A stretch of 64,000 bases of DNA, from positions 1,775-65,774 of the forward strand of contig DAHUYE010000098.1 of the NCBI GenBank assembly GCA_027315345.1, written 5' to 3'. The stretch comes from Actinomycetota bacterium (GTDB taxonomy: Bacteria; Actinomycetota; Acidimicrobiia; Acidimicrobiales; JAJPHE01). The notes beneath the pieces were generated by a model. That model was not told where the DNA came from. It was given only the letters and a program-made list of their open reading frames with translations, and did no database searches. Positions within the stretch are counted from its first letter, which is position 1; the number at the start of each line of letters is the position of its first letter. Shown here one piece after another: positions 1 to 9,023 of the stretch. Position numbers and translations under genes: made by a program.

Positions 1-12
1 TGACCGCGGCGG

Positions 13-1806
13 CTAGGCGGGGATGCGCCCCGCCTTATGGGCGACCGACTCCGCTTCTTCCAGCTGTTCCTCGATGATGGCCAGACCGCCGTCCCAGAAG
101 CCGGGGTCGGCCAGGTCACACCCGACGATCTTGGCCAGCGCCTCGGGCCGATCCGAGCCGCCCGACTCCAGGAGGTGGAGGTAGCGGGGGACGAAGTCCG
201 ACCCCTGCTCGGCGTACTGGCGGTAGACCGACAGGGCCAGCAGCTGACCGTAGGAGTAGGCGTAGACGTAACCGGGGGTGCCGATGAAGTGGGGGATGTA
301 GGACCACCAGGTCCGGTAGCCCTCGGTGATGGTGACGGCGTCGCCCAGGAGCTCGGCCTGGGTCTCGGCCCAGATCTCCCCGATCCGATCGACCGACAGT
401 TCCCCCTCTGAGCGGCGGGCTCGGTGGGCCCGGTCCTCGAACTGGTTCATGGCCGTCTGGCGGAAGACGGTGGCCACCTGTCCGTCCAGATTGGCGGCCA
501 GCAGGGAGAGTCGGGCCGCCGGGTCCGGTGCCTCGCCCAAGAGCCGTCCGAAGACCACCGTCTCCCCGAACACCGAGGCCGTCTCGGCCAGGGTAAGGGG
601 GGTGGACTGATGGAAGGGCCCCTGTCGGCGGGCCAGGTAGGCGTGCAATCCGTGACCGAGCTCGTGGGCCAGGGTCAGGACGTCGGTGGGACGGGACGTG
701 TAGTTGAGCATCACGTAGGGATGCACGGACGGGACGGTGTAGGAGCAGAAGGCTCCTCCCCGTTTGCCGGGCCGGACCGGTGCGTCGATCCACTGCTCAT
801 CGAAGAAGCGCTCGGCTATCTCGGCCATCGATGGCGAGAAGGAGGCGTAGGAGTCGATCACGATGGTCCTGGCCTCCTCCCAGGACACCTGGGTGTCCTC
901 CTGGGCCACCGAAGCCAGCCGGTCGTAGTCGGCCAGCCGCTCGACCCCGAGGAGCTTGGCCTTGAGGGGATACCAGCGCTGAGGAATGTCGTAGCGGTTG
1001 CGGACGGCCTGAACCAGGGCCTGGACGGAGTCATCGCTGGCCTCGTTGGCCAGGTTGCGGCTGGCCAGCCAGTGGTCGTAGTGGCGCAGCCGGTCATCGA
1101 CGGACTTGTCCAGCAGGAGGGTGTTGAAGATGAAGGCCCGGGTGGTCAGGCCGGGGGCCAGGCCGGCCGTGACGGCTTCGGCGGCGGCCCGGCGCTGTTC
1201 CCGGTCGGGGTTCCCCAACTCGGAGAGGGCCTCCTCCAGGCTGGTGGTGCGCCCGGACAACTCCACTTCGATGGCCGAGGTGAGCTGGCTGAAGAGGCGG
1301 TTCCAGGCGCCGCGGCCGGTTACCGACTTCTCGGTGAGGATTTTCTCCTCGGCTTCGGACAGAACGTGCTGGCGGTAGCGCCGGGCGCTGCGGAGATGGT
1401 GCCGGCAGAAGTCGATCCCGTCGGCGCCGAGCAGCTCGTCCACTCGCTCATCGCTCAGCCCCGCCCACTCAACCTCGAAGAAGACCAGCTTGGTGCTGAC
1501 GGCCGTGATCCGCTCCTGCACCTTCTGGAGGAGGGCACCCCGAGCCGGGTCGGCGGTGGCGGTGGCGAAGCGGAGCGAGGCGTAGGCCTGGGCCCGGCCG
1601 ACCACATCCTCCAGTTCGGCCATCTCCTCCATGAAGGCCCGCAGCTGGTCCGGGTCGAAGTCGTCCACTTGACCCCTCCGGGCCGCCAGCCGATCGGCCA
1701 TCTGGTCGGCCCGGTCGAGGTATCCGTTCAGGGCTTCTTCGCCGTGCCCGTCCAGCAGGTGGGACAGGTCCCAGGCCACCTGGGTGACATCGGTCGTGGT
1801 CGTCAT
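13..1806 (-). CDS. pepF: M3B family oligoendopeptidase F
   Basis: N-terminal WDL motif, GKRGGAFC, zinc motif HELGH, LAETAS, YVYAYSYG. Start taken at ATG 1806; GTG 1830 is the alternative. Confidence 0.9.
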   Translation of the reverse strand: MTTTTDVTQVAWDLSHLLDGHGEEALNGYLDRADQMADRLAARRGQVDDFDPDQLRAFMEEMAELEDVVGRAQAYASLRFATATADPARGALLQKVQERITAVSTKLVFFEVEWAGLSDERVDELLGADGIDFCRHHLRSARRYRQHVLSEAEEKILTEKSVTGRGAWNRLFSQLTSAIEVELSGRTTSLEEALSELGNPDREQRRAAAEAVTAGLAPGLTTRAFIFNTLLLDKSVDDRLRHYDHWLASRNLANEASDDSVQALVQAVRNRYDIPQRWYPLKAKLLGVERLADYDRLASVAQEDTQVSWEEARTIVIDSYASFSPSMAEIAERFFDEQWIDAPVRPGKRGGAFCSYTVPSVHPYVMLNYTSRPTDVLTLAHELGHGLHAYLARRQGPFHQSTPLTLAETASVFGETVVFGRLLGEAPDPAARLSLLAANLDGQVATVFRQTAMNQFEDRAHRARRSEGELSVDRIGEIWAETQAELLGDAVTITEGYRTWWSYIPHFIGTPGYVYAYSYGQLLALSVYRQYAEQGSDFVPRYLHLLESGGSDRPEALAKIVGCDLADPGFWDGGLAIIEEQLEEAESVAHKAGRIPA

Positions 1807-1914
1807 TGGACCCGGGAGCCTATTGGCCACAAAGCCGGCCCTTGGGCCCGGTCAGAAAGATCACCAGAAGCCTCGTAAGGCGAGAAGGAGGTAGGCCGCG
1901 GGCGTCGAATTACA

Positions 1915-1928
1915 AGAACGTCGGTTCG
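1915..1928. promoter_or_regulatory. Putative LexA (SOS) box AGAACGTCGGTTCG
   Basis: Matches GAAC-N4-GTTC with 1 mismatch to CGAAC-N4-GTTCG. Lies in the divergent pepF/spoVS intergenic region. Confidence 0.55.
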
Positions 1929-2023
1929 AACCGGTCAGGCCGACGCGATTCGGCAGTCGGCCGGGGAGATCGACCGGCCGCCAGCCCGCATCCCGGCTGG
2001 TAAGGCGCTGGAGAAGAGGACAG

Positions 2024-2419
2024 ATGGACGCACTCAAGGTATCGAGCAAGTCCAGTCCCAGCTCGGTGGCCGGCGCCATGGCCGGAGTGGTACGCCAGCA
2101 CGGCTCGGCCGAGGTCCAGGTGGTCGGGGCCGGGGCTCTCAACCAGGCCATCAAGGCCGTGGCCATCGCCCGCGGCTATCTGACCCCCTCCGGGATCGAC
2201 CTGGTCTGTGTTCCGACCTTCGTGGACGTGGACATCGACGGGGAGAGCAGAACCGGCATCCGGCTCCTGATCGAGGACCGCAACGCCGCTCCCCACGCCC
2301 ACCTGACGGTGGACCTGCGGGACCAGACCGGGATCGGATCGCCTGCCGACCACCGGACCGGTGCCGACCACCGGACCGGCGCCGACCATCAGAGCCCGGT
2401 GGACCACCCCGTCGCCTGA
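2024..2419 (+). CDS. spoVS: Stage V sporulation protein S family (SpoVS) with repetitive C-terminal extension
   Basis: LKVSSKSSPSSVAGAMAG...GAGALNQAIKAVAIARGYL is the SpoVS signature. RBS GAGGA upstream. Confidence 0.9.
   Translation: MDALKVSSKSSPSSVAGAMAGVVRQHGSAEVQVVGAGALNQAIKAVAIARGYLTPSGIDLVCVPTFVDVDIDGESRTGIRLLIEDRNAAPHAHLTVDLRDQTGIGSPADHRTGADHRTGADHQSPVDHPVA
2345..2398 (+). repeat. 18-bp in-frame tandem repeat (ADHRTG x2 plus a degenerate copy)
   Basis: gccgaccaccggaccggt / gccgaccaccggaccggc / gccgaccatcagagcccg. Confidence 0.8.
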
Positions 2420-2527
2420 GTTCCGCCGTCTCCGGCCCTATCGTGGGGCGGTGGGCATCAACAACCAGCGCCGACCCCGGGGTGAGGGCGCAGACCGGGG
2501 CGACGGGCCGGGCCGCGGGCTGTCGGG

Positions 2528-4015
2528 ATGACCCGTCGCTTCATAGTCCGCACGTTCGGGTGCCAGATGAACGAGCACGACTCCGAGCGCATAGCCGGCT
2601 TGCTGGAGGCCGACGGGCTGGAGGCGACCGATGACCTCGAGTCCGCCGACGTGGTGGTGCTCAACACGTGCTGCATCCGGGAGAACGCCGATGAGAAGCT
2701 GTACGGGACACTCGGACACCTGAAGTCCCTGTCCGACCGCCGCCCCGACCTCAAGATCATGGTGGGGGGTTGCCTGGCCCAGAAGGACCGGGATCTGGTC
2801 CGGCGGAAGGCCCCCCACGTCGATGTTGTCTTCGGCACCCATAACGTCGGCTCGGCGGCCGAGCTTCTCCGACGAGCGGATAGCACCGGGCCCCTAGTGG
2901 AAATCCTCGATGCCGCCGAGGAGCTCCCCTCTGCTCTCCCGAGCAAGCGGCGCCAGTCGCACTCGGCCTGGTTGACCATCCAGGTCGGCTGCGACAACAA
3001 CTGCGCTTTCTGCGTCGTGCCTTCGGTACGGGGCCGGGAGGTCAGCCGTCCCTTCGGGGAGATCGTGGCCGAGGCCCGTTCCCTGGCGGCCGCCGGCGTC
3101 CTGGAGGTCACCCTCCTGGGGCAGAACGTGAACTCCTACGGCCGGGACCTGACCCTGGCCCGGCGCAGGGCCGGCCCCGAGGCGCCGGCGGGGCCCAACC
3201 CCGAGGCGACGCCGAACCTGGAGGCAGCCGTCTTCGACGCCGGCTCGGCCTGGGTGAAGGAGGGGGCCCGGCGGGCGAGGCCGTTGTTCGCCGATCTTCT
3301 GCGGGCCGTCGGGGCGGTGGAGGGGATCCGCCGGGTCCGGTACACCAGCCCGCATCCCAAGGACCTGCGCCAGGACGTCATGCAGGCCATGGCCGAGACA
3401 CCCGAGGTGTGTGAGCACCTCCACCTTCCGCTCCAGTCCGGCAGCGACGACGTCCTGGCCGCCATGCACCGCGGCTACACGGCCGAGCGGTACCTGGAGC
3501 GACTGGAGCAGGCTCGGCGCATCATCCCCGACCTGGCCGTCACCACCGACATCATCGTGGGTTTCCCGGGGGAAACCGACGCCGACTTCGACGCCACGCT
3601 CGAGCTGGCCGCCACCGCCGCCTATGACAGCGCCTACACCTTCATCTTCTCACCCCGGCCCGGGACGGAGGCAGCCAACCGGCCCGAGCTGTTCATCTCC
3701 CCGGAGGTGATAGCCGAGCGCTTCCGCCGCCTGGAAGTGGTCGTGCAGCGCTCTGCCCTGGCTCGGCACCGGGACCGCATCGGCCGGCAGGAGGAGGTGG
3801 TGGTGGAGGGGCCGAGCAAGAGGGACCCGTCCCGGCTGACCGGGCGCACCCGGCAGAACAAGCTGGTCCACTTTGACCCTCCCGCCACGGGTGTGCCCGC
3901 CCCCGGCGCCCTGGCCACCGTGCTGGTCACCGGGGCGGCCCCGCACCACCTGAGTGGCGAGCTCACCGAGGTCCTGACCCGGGGCCGGAACCGGATTCCG
4001 GTCAACGTCTCCTGA
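2528..4015 (+). CDS. miaB: tRNA ms2i6A37 methylthiotransferase MiaB
   Basis: TFGCQMNEHDSE, NTCCIRENA, radical SAM GCDNNCAFC, C-terminal TRAM domain. Confidence 0.95.
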   Translation: MTRRFIVRTFGCQMNEHDSERIAGLLEADGLEATDDLESADVVVLNTCCIRENADEKLYGTLGHLKSLSDRRPDLKIMVGGCLAQKDRDLVRRKAPHVDVVFGTHNVGSAAELLRRADSTGPLVEILDAAEELPSALPSKRRQSHSAWLTIQVGCDNNCAFCVVPSVRGREVSRPFGEIVAEARSLAAAGVLEVTLLGQNVNSYGRDLTLARRRAGPEAPAGPNPEATPNLEAAVFDAGSAWVKEGARRARPLFADLLRAVGAVEGIRRVRYTSPHPKDLRQDVMQAMAETPEVCEHLHLPLQSGSDDVLAAMHRGYTAERYLERLEQARRIIPDLAVTTDIIVGFPGETDADFDATLELAATAAYDSAYTFIFSPRPGTEAANRPELFISPEVIAERFRRLEVVVQRSALARHRDRIGRQEEVVVEGPSKRDPSRLTGRTRQNKLVHFDPPATGVPAPGALATVLVTGAAPHHLSGELTEVLTRGRNRIPVNVS

Positions 4016-4929
4016 GCGAACCTCGTCCGATCGCTCTGGTCGGGCCCACCGCCTCGGGAAAGTCGGGACTGGCCCAGGAGCTGGCCGAGCGCTTCGACGC
4101 CGACATCGTCTCGGTGGACTCCATGCAGGTCTACCGGGGCATGGACATCGGGACAGCCAAGGCCACCCCGGAGGAACGCCGGCGGGTCCCCCATCACCTG
4201 ATCGATCTGGCCGATCCGGACGAGGACTACTCGGTGGCCCGATTCCGGGCCGACGCCGCCGCCGTGCTCTCGGAGCTGACGGAGCGGGGCCGGCGGGTGC
4301 TCATGGTGGGCGGCACCGGGCTGTATCTGCGAGCCGTCATCGACCAGCTCGACCTCCCCGGTCAGTGGCCGGAGGTCCGGGCCCACCTGGAGGCGGAGGC
4401 CGACGCCCTCGGGGTAGCGGCCTTGCACGCCCGCCTGGCCGCCATGGATCCCGTGGCCGCCGCTCGGGCCGAGCCATCCAACCGCCGCCGGGTGGTGCGA
4501 GCCCTGGAGGTCTGCGTCGGGGCGGGCCGGCCCTTCTCATCCTTTGGGCCGGGCCTGTCGGTCTACCCACCCACCAGCTTCGGGCTGCTCGGTCTCAACC
4601 GTTCCCGAGCGGAACTGGGCGAGCGCATCGCCCGGCGCTACCGGGAGCAGATGGCGGCCGGCTTTCTGGATGAGGTGGCCGGCCTGGCCGGCCGGCCGGC
4701 CGGCCTGTCCCGGACCGCCCGCCAGGCCTTGGGTTACCGGGAGCTCCTGGCCCACCTGGAGGGCGACATGGGCCTGGACCAGGCCTTGGATGAGGCCATC
4801 CGGCGGACCCGCGCCTTCGCCCGCCGCCAGCAGGCCTGGTTCGGCCGGGACCCCCGCATCCGCTGGCTGGACCCGGAGGGGAATCTCGTTTCCGTCGCCA
4901 CCGAGGCCCTGGGAGAATGGTGGGGATGA
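4012..4929 (+). CDS. miaA: tRNA dimethylallyltransferase MiaA (probable CTG start)
   Basis: P-loop VGPTASGKS lies upstream of the track start at 4114. DSMQVYRGMDIGTAK and GGTGLYL present. In-frame CTG at 4012 overlaps the miaB stop (CTGA). Confidence 0.9.
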   Translation: MSEPRPIALVGPTASGKSGLAQELAERFDADIVSVDSMQVYRGMDIGTAKATPEERRRVPHHLIDLADPDEDYSVARFRADAAAVLSELTERGRRVLMVGGTGLYLRAVIDQLDLPGQWPEVRAHLEAEADALGVAALHARLAAMDPVAAARAEPSNRRRVVRALEVCVGAGRPFSSFGPGLSVYPPTSFGLLGLNRSRAELGERIARRYREQMAAGFLDEVAGLAGRPAGLSRTARQALGYRELLAHLEGDMGLDQALDEAIRRTRAFARRQQAWFGRDPRIRWLDPEGNLVSVATEALGEWWG

Positions 4930-5798
4930 CCCGGGCCGAATCCCTCCACCTCCTCAAGCTCCACGGCCTGGGCAACGACTTCCTGGTTCTGGTCGACCCG
5001 GAGGCGGCCCGGCCCATCGACGCCGGCCTGGCCCGTCGCCTGTGTGACCGGCACACCGGCGTCGGGGCCGACGGCCTCATCCGGGTGACCCCAGCCGCCG
5101 ATGGCGGCGCGGAGGGTGGGGCCGATTACGTCATGGAGCTGCTCAACGCCGACGGGAGCCGGGCCGAGACCAGCGGTAACGGATTGCGCTGCCTGGTCCT
5201 CGCCCTGGAGGTGTCCGGCCGGCTCAACGGGCCGGAGCTGGTCGTCTCAACCGACGCCGGTAACCGCTTGGCCCGGATCGGCCCGGTGACCCGGGACGGC
5301 TCGGCCGTGGTCAGCGTGGGGATGGGCGAAGTGCACCTGGGGGCCGAGTCCGAGGTGCTGGGCCACCGGTCCCGGCTGGTGGATGTGGGCAATCCCCACG
5401 TGGTGGTCCGGCTGGACCATCTGGACGAGGTGGAGGTGGAGGTCCACGGCCCGGCCGAGGAGGCGAGGCATCCTGGGGGGATCAACGTCAACTTCGCCGT
5501 GGTGGGTGATGGCGGGTCGGTCCGTTTGAGGACGTGGGAGCGGGGGGCGGGCGCCACTCTGGCCTGTGGCAGCGGCTCGTGCGCCACCGCCGCCGCCCTG
5601 CGGGACTGGGGCCTGGTCGGTGACGTGGTCGAGGTGGCCAACCCGGGGGGGACGGTAACGGTCTCCTTCGAGGAGGGGGGCACGATCCTCACCGGTCCGG
5701 CCCAGTTGATCGCCAGTGTTGATGTCCCCGCCGTCGCCGGCGCGGTCAAGGGCCCGGCGCCGGTCGAGGTGGGCGCCGGAGCGCGGGGGGCCGAATGA
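4926..5798 (+). CDS. dapF: Diaminopimelate epimerase
   Basis: KLHGLGNDF, DRHTGVGADG, NADGS, GNPH, ERGAGATLACGSG. ATGA overlap with miaA. Confidence 0.93.
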   Translation: MTRAESLHLLKLHGLGNDFLVLVDPEAARPIDAGLARRLCDRHTGVGADGLIRVTPAADGGAEGGADYVMELLNADGSRAETSGNGLRCLVLALEVSGRLNGPELVVSTDAGNRLARIGPVTRDGSAVVSVGMGEVHLGAESEVLGHRSRLVDVGNPHVVVRLDHLDEVEVEVHGPAEEARHPGGINVNFAVVGDGGSVRLRTWERGAGATLACGSGSCATAAALRDWGLVGDVVEVANPGGTVTVSFEEGGTILTGPAQLIASVDVPAVAGAVKGPAPVEVGAGARGAE

Positions 5799-7060
5799 CC
5801 CTCATCGAACGCTCCTTCCGGGAACGCATCGTGCTGGTGGGAGTGGCGGTCCCCCCGGTGGTCTCCGAGGAGGTCGAAGCCAGCCTGGACGAACTGTCCC
5901 AGCTGGTCGACACCGCCGGCGCCGATGAGGCCGCCCGGGTCGTGCAGCGCCGGGATCGCCCCGACCCCGCCACCTACGTCGGGCGGGGCAAGGCGGCCGA
6001 GTTGCACGAACTGTCCGAGGCCGTCGACGCCGACACGGTCGTCTTCGACGACGAATTGACCCCCGCTCAGCAGCGCAACCTGGAGAAGATCCTCGGTCGT
6101 ACGGCCATCGACCGCACCGCCGTCATCCTCGACATCTTCGCTCAGAACGCCCGGACCGAGGAGGGCCGGGCCCAGGTCGAACTGGCCCTGCTGCGCTATC
6201 GCCTCCCCCGATTGCGGGGCCGGGGCAAGGACCTCTCCCAGCAGGGCGGTGGCATCGGGACCCGGGGCCCGGGTGAGACCCAGATGGAGGTGGACCGCCG
6301 CCGCCTGGTCCGGCGCATGACCAAGCTGGAGTCCGAGCTCAAGCAGCTGAGTCGGACCCGGCGGGTGCAGCGGCGGGGCCGTCAGCGGGGCCGGCTCTTC
6401 AATGTCTCCCTGGTCGGTTACACCAACGCCGGCAAGTCGACCCTGCTCAACACCCTGACCGACGCCGGCGTCCTGGTGGAGGACCGGCTGTTCGCCACCC
6501 TCGATCCCCGCACCCGGCGCCTGGATCTGCCCGGGGGCGAGTCGGTGCTGCTGTCCGACACGGTCGGCTTCGTGCGCAAACTGCCCCACCAGCTGGTGGA
6601 GGCGTTCCGTTCCACCCTGGAAGTGGTGGCCGAGGCCGACCTGCTCGTCCACATCGTGGACGCCTCCGCCGCCGATCCGATGGCCCAGGTGGCGGCGGTG
6701 CGGGAGGTCCTCAACGAGATCGGGGCTGCCGATGTGCCGGAGTTACTGGTCTTCAACAAGGCCGACATCACCCCCGAGGCGGCCCGGTTGTCCGGCCTGC
6801 ACTCCGGATCGGTGGCCATATCCGCGGCCGCCCGCTCGGGCATGGAGGACCTGATGGAGGTGCTGGGGGAGCGGCTGCGGGCCCACTTCTCGGTGGTGGA
6901 ACTGGTCGTTCCCTACGACCGGGGGGATATCTTGGCCGCCGTGCACCGGGAGGGCGAGGTGCTCGAGGAGCTGCCCGGGGACACCTCCGTCCGGGTCCGG
7001 GTCCGGGTCGACCCGGTGGGCCGGGCCCGCTTCAGCCAGTTCCAGGAGGGCGGATCGTGA
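5795..7060 (+). CDS. hflX: Ribosome-splitting GTPase HflX
   Basis: GIGTRGPGET, GYTNAGKST, LFATLD, DTVGF, NKAD. Confidence 0.95.
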   Translation: MTLIERSFRERIVLVGVAVPPVVSEEVEASLDELSQLVDTAGADEAARVVQRRDRPDPATYVGRGKAAELHELSEAVDADTVVFDDELTPAQQRNLEKILGRTAIDRTAVILDIFAQNARTEEGRAQVELALLRYRLPRLRGRGKDLSQQGGGIGTRGPGETQMEVDRRRLVRRMTKLESELKQLSRTRRVQRRGRQRGRLFNVSLVGYTNAGKSTLLNTLTDAGVLVEDRLFATLDPRTRRLDLPGGESVLLSDTVGFVRKLPHQLVEAFRSTLEVVAEADLLVHIVDASAADPMAQVAAVREVLNEIGAADVPELLVFNKADITPEAARLSGLHSGSVAISAAARSGMEDLMEVLGERLRAHFSVVELVVPYDRGDILAAVHREGEVLEELPGDTSVRVRVRVDPVGRARFSQFQEGGS

Positions 7061-8181
7061 CGGCCGGATTCGTACCCCCCGCCTACCCGTATGACCGCCT
7101 GGACGGCGCCAAGGCCAAGGCGGCCCTGCACCCCGGGGGCGTGGTCGATCTGTCCATCGGCACCCCCTGTGACCCGCCCCCGGCTGAAGTCGTGGCGGCC
7201 CTGGCCGGTTCGGGGTCGGAGCGGGGCTATCCGGCATCCATCGGCTCGCCCGCCTACCGCCGGGCGGCGGGGGAGTGGCTGGCCAACCGGCTGGGCGCCG
7301 AGGGGGATCAGGTGGCGGCGTGCGTCGGTACCAAGGAATTCGTGGCCACCACGCCGCAGTGGATGAAGTTGCGCCGGCCCGACCGGGACACCGTGTTGTA
7401 TCCGGCCATCTCCTATCCCACCTACGAGATGGGCGCCATCCTGGCCGGCCTGCGGCCGGTGCCGGTGCCGACCGATGACCACTGGCGCATGCGCCTCGAC
7501 GCCATCGCCCCGGCCGACGCCGAGCGGGCCCTGATGTTGTGGGTGAACAGCCCGGGCAATCCGGCCGGCCAGCTCGATGACCTGACGGCCGCCGCCGCCT
7601 GGGGCCGGGAGCGGGGCGTGCCCGTGTTCAGCGACGAGTGCTACGCCGAGTTCACCTGGGACGGTCCGCCCCGCTCGATACTCCAAGCCGGGCCGGAAGG
7701 GGTGGTGGCGGTGCACTCCCTCTCCAAGCGATCCAACCTGGCCGGCGTCCGGGCCGGCTTCTACGCCGGGGACGGGGAGCTGGTGACCTATCTGTCCGAG
7801 GTGCGCAAGCACGTGGGGATGATGGTGCCCGGCCCGGTGCAGGCCGCGGCGGTGGTGGCTCTGAGCGATCAGACCCACGTCGAGGCTCAGCGGGAGTTGT
7901 ACCGGGCCCGGCTGGAGCGTTTCGCCAAGATCCTCGAAGCGGTGGGCGTCAGCGTGGAACTGCCGGCGGGCGGGTTCTACCTGTGGGCGGCGGCGGAGGG
8001 GGGGGACGGCGCGGATCCGGCCGCGGCGGCCTGGGCCCTGACCGACCGCCTGGCCGCCGACGGGGGCGTCCTGGTCAGTCCCGGGGAGTTCTACGGCCAG
8101 GCCGGGGCCGGCTACATCCGGGTGGCTCTGGTGGCGCCCATGGAGGCCCTGGAGTTGGTGGCGTCGCGCCTGGGCGTCTGA
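7057..8181 (+). CDS. dapC: N-succinyldiaminopimelate aminotransferase (class I/II PLP)
   Basis: DLSIGTPCDP, NSPGNP, SDECY, SLSKRSNLAGVRAG. Adjacent to dapD/dapE. Confidence 0.85.
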   Translation: MTAGFVPPAYPYDRLDGAKAKAALHPGGVVDLSIGTPCDPPPAEVVAALAGSGSERGYPASIGSPAYRRAAGEWLANRLGAEGDQVAACVGTKEFVATTPQWMKLRRPDRDTVLYPAISYPTYEMGAILAGLRPVPVPTDDHWRMRLDAIAPADAERALMLWVNSPGNPAGQLDDLTAAAAWGRERGVPVFSDECYAEFTWDGPPRSILQAGPEGVVAVHSLSKRSNLAGVRAGFYAGDGELVTYLSEVRKHVGMMVPGPVQAAAVVALSDQTHVEAQRELYRARLERFAKILEAVGVSVELPAGGFYLWAAAEGGDGADPAAAAWALTDRLAADGGVLVSPGEFYGQAGAGYIRVALVAPMEALELVASRLGV

Positions 8182-8202
8182 CGCGACCTTAGGCTGGACC
8201 GG

Positions 8203-9021
8203 ATGGCAGATCTCCAGGCCCAAATCGAAGAACTCTGGGAAAGCGGCGTTACCCCGGGTGACGCCGAAGCTTCGGCGGTGGTCACCGAGGCGGTGGACCT
8301 GCTCGACACCGGGCAGGCCCGGGTGGCCGAGATCGGCCCCGACGGCCGGGTGGTGGTGCACCAGTGGCTGAAGCAGGCCGTCCTGCTCTTGTTCCGCCTC
8401 CGTGAAATGGAGACCATCGAGGTGGGCCCCTTCGAGTTCGCCGACAAGATCCCCCTCAAGCACGGCTACGCCGAGGCCGGGGTGCGGGTGGTGCCGGGGG
8501 GCTCGGCCCGCTACGGATCCTTCCTGGAGCGTGGCGTCATCCTCATGCCCAGCTACGTCAACATCGGGGCCCGGGTCGGCGCCAACTCCATGGTCGACAC
8601 CTGGGCCACGGTGGGCTCCTGCGCCCAGATCGGCGCCAATGTCCATCTCTCCGGCGGGGTCGGCATCGGGGGAGTGCTCGAACCCCCCCAGGCGGCGCCG
8701 GTGGTGGTGGAGGACGACTGCATGATCGGGAGCCGGTGCATGGTGACAGAGGGGGCCCGGGTGGGACGGGGCTCGGTGCTGGGGGCCGGCACCATGCTCA
8801 ACCCGTCCATCCCGGTCTTCGACACCGAGACCGGGGAGGAGATCTCCCGCGGAGTCGTCCCGCCCTGGTCGGTGGCCGTGGCCGGCACCCGGATGAAGAC
8901 CTTCCCCGGAGGGGAGTTCGGGCTGGGCTGCGTACTGGTCATCAAGCGCCTCACCGAGGGCGAACGCCACGATAAGTCCAAGCTCAATGACATCCTGCGC
9001 GACCACGGCGTGACCGTCTGA
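8203..9021 (+). CDS. dapD: Tetrahydrodipicolinate N-succinyltransferase (short, E. coli-like type)
   Basis: VHQWLKQAVLL, DKIPLK, PSYVNIGA, DTWATVGSCAQIG, GGVGIGGVLEP. Confidence 0.93.
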   Translation: MADLQAQIEELWESGVTPGDAEASAVVTEAVDLLDTGQARVAEIGPDGRVVVHQWLKQAVLLLFRLREMETIEVGPFEFADKIPLKHGYAEAGVRVVPGGSARYGSFLERGVILMPSYVNIGARVGANSMVDTWATVGSCAQIGANVHLSGGVGIGGVLEPPQAAPVVVEDDCMIGSRCMVTEGARVGRGSVLGAGTMLNPSIPVFDTETGEEISRGVVPPWSVAVAGTRMKTFPGGEFGLGCVLVIKRLTEGERHDKSKLNDILRDHGVTV

Positions 9022-9023
9022 GC

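Noticed and set aside
424-1878. Long antisense/alternate-frame ORFs (e.g. 424-1878 +, 6913-9006 -, 15711-17480 +, 41026-43443 -, 58272-60110 +)
   Set aside because: Shadow ORFs typical of high-GC DNA. They overlap well-recognised genes and have no recognisable motifs.
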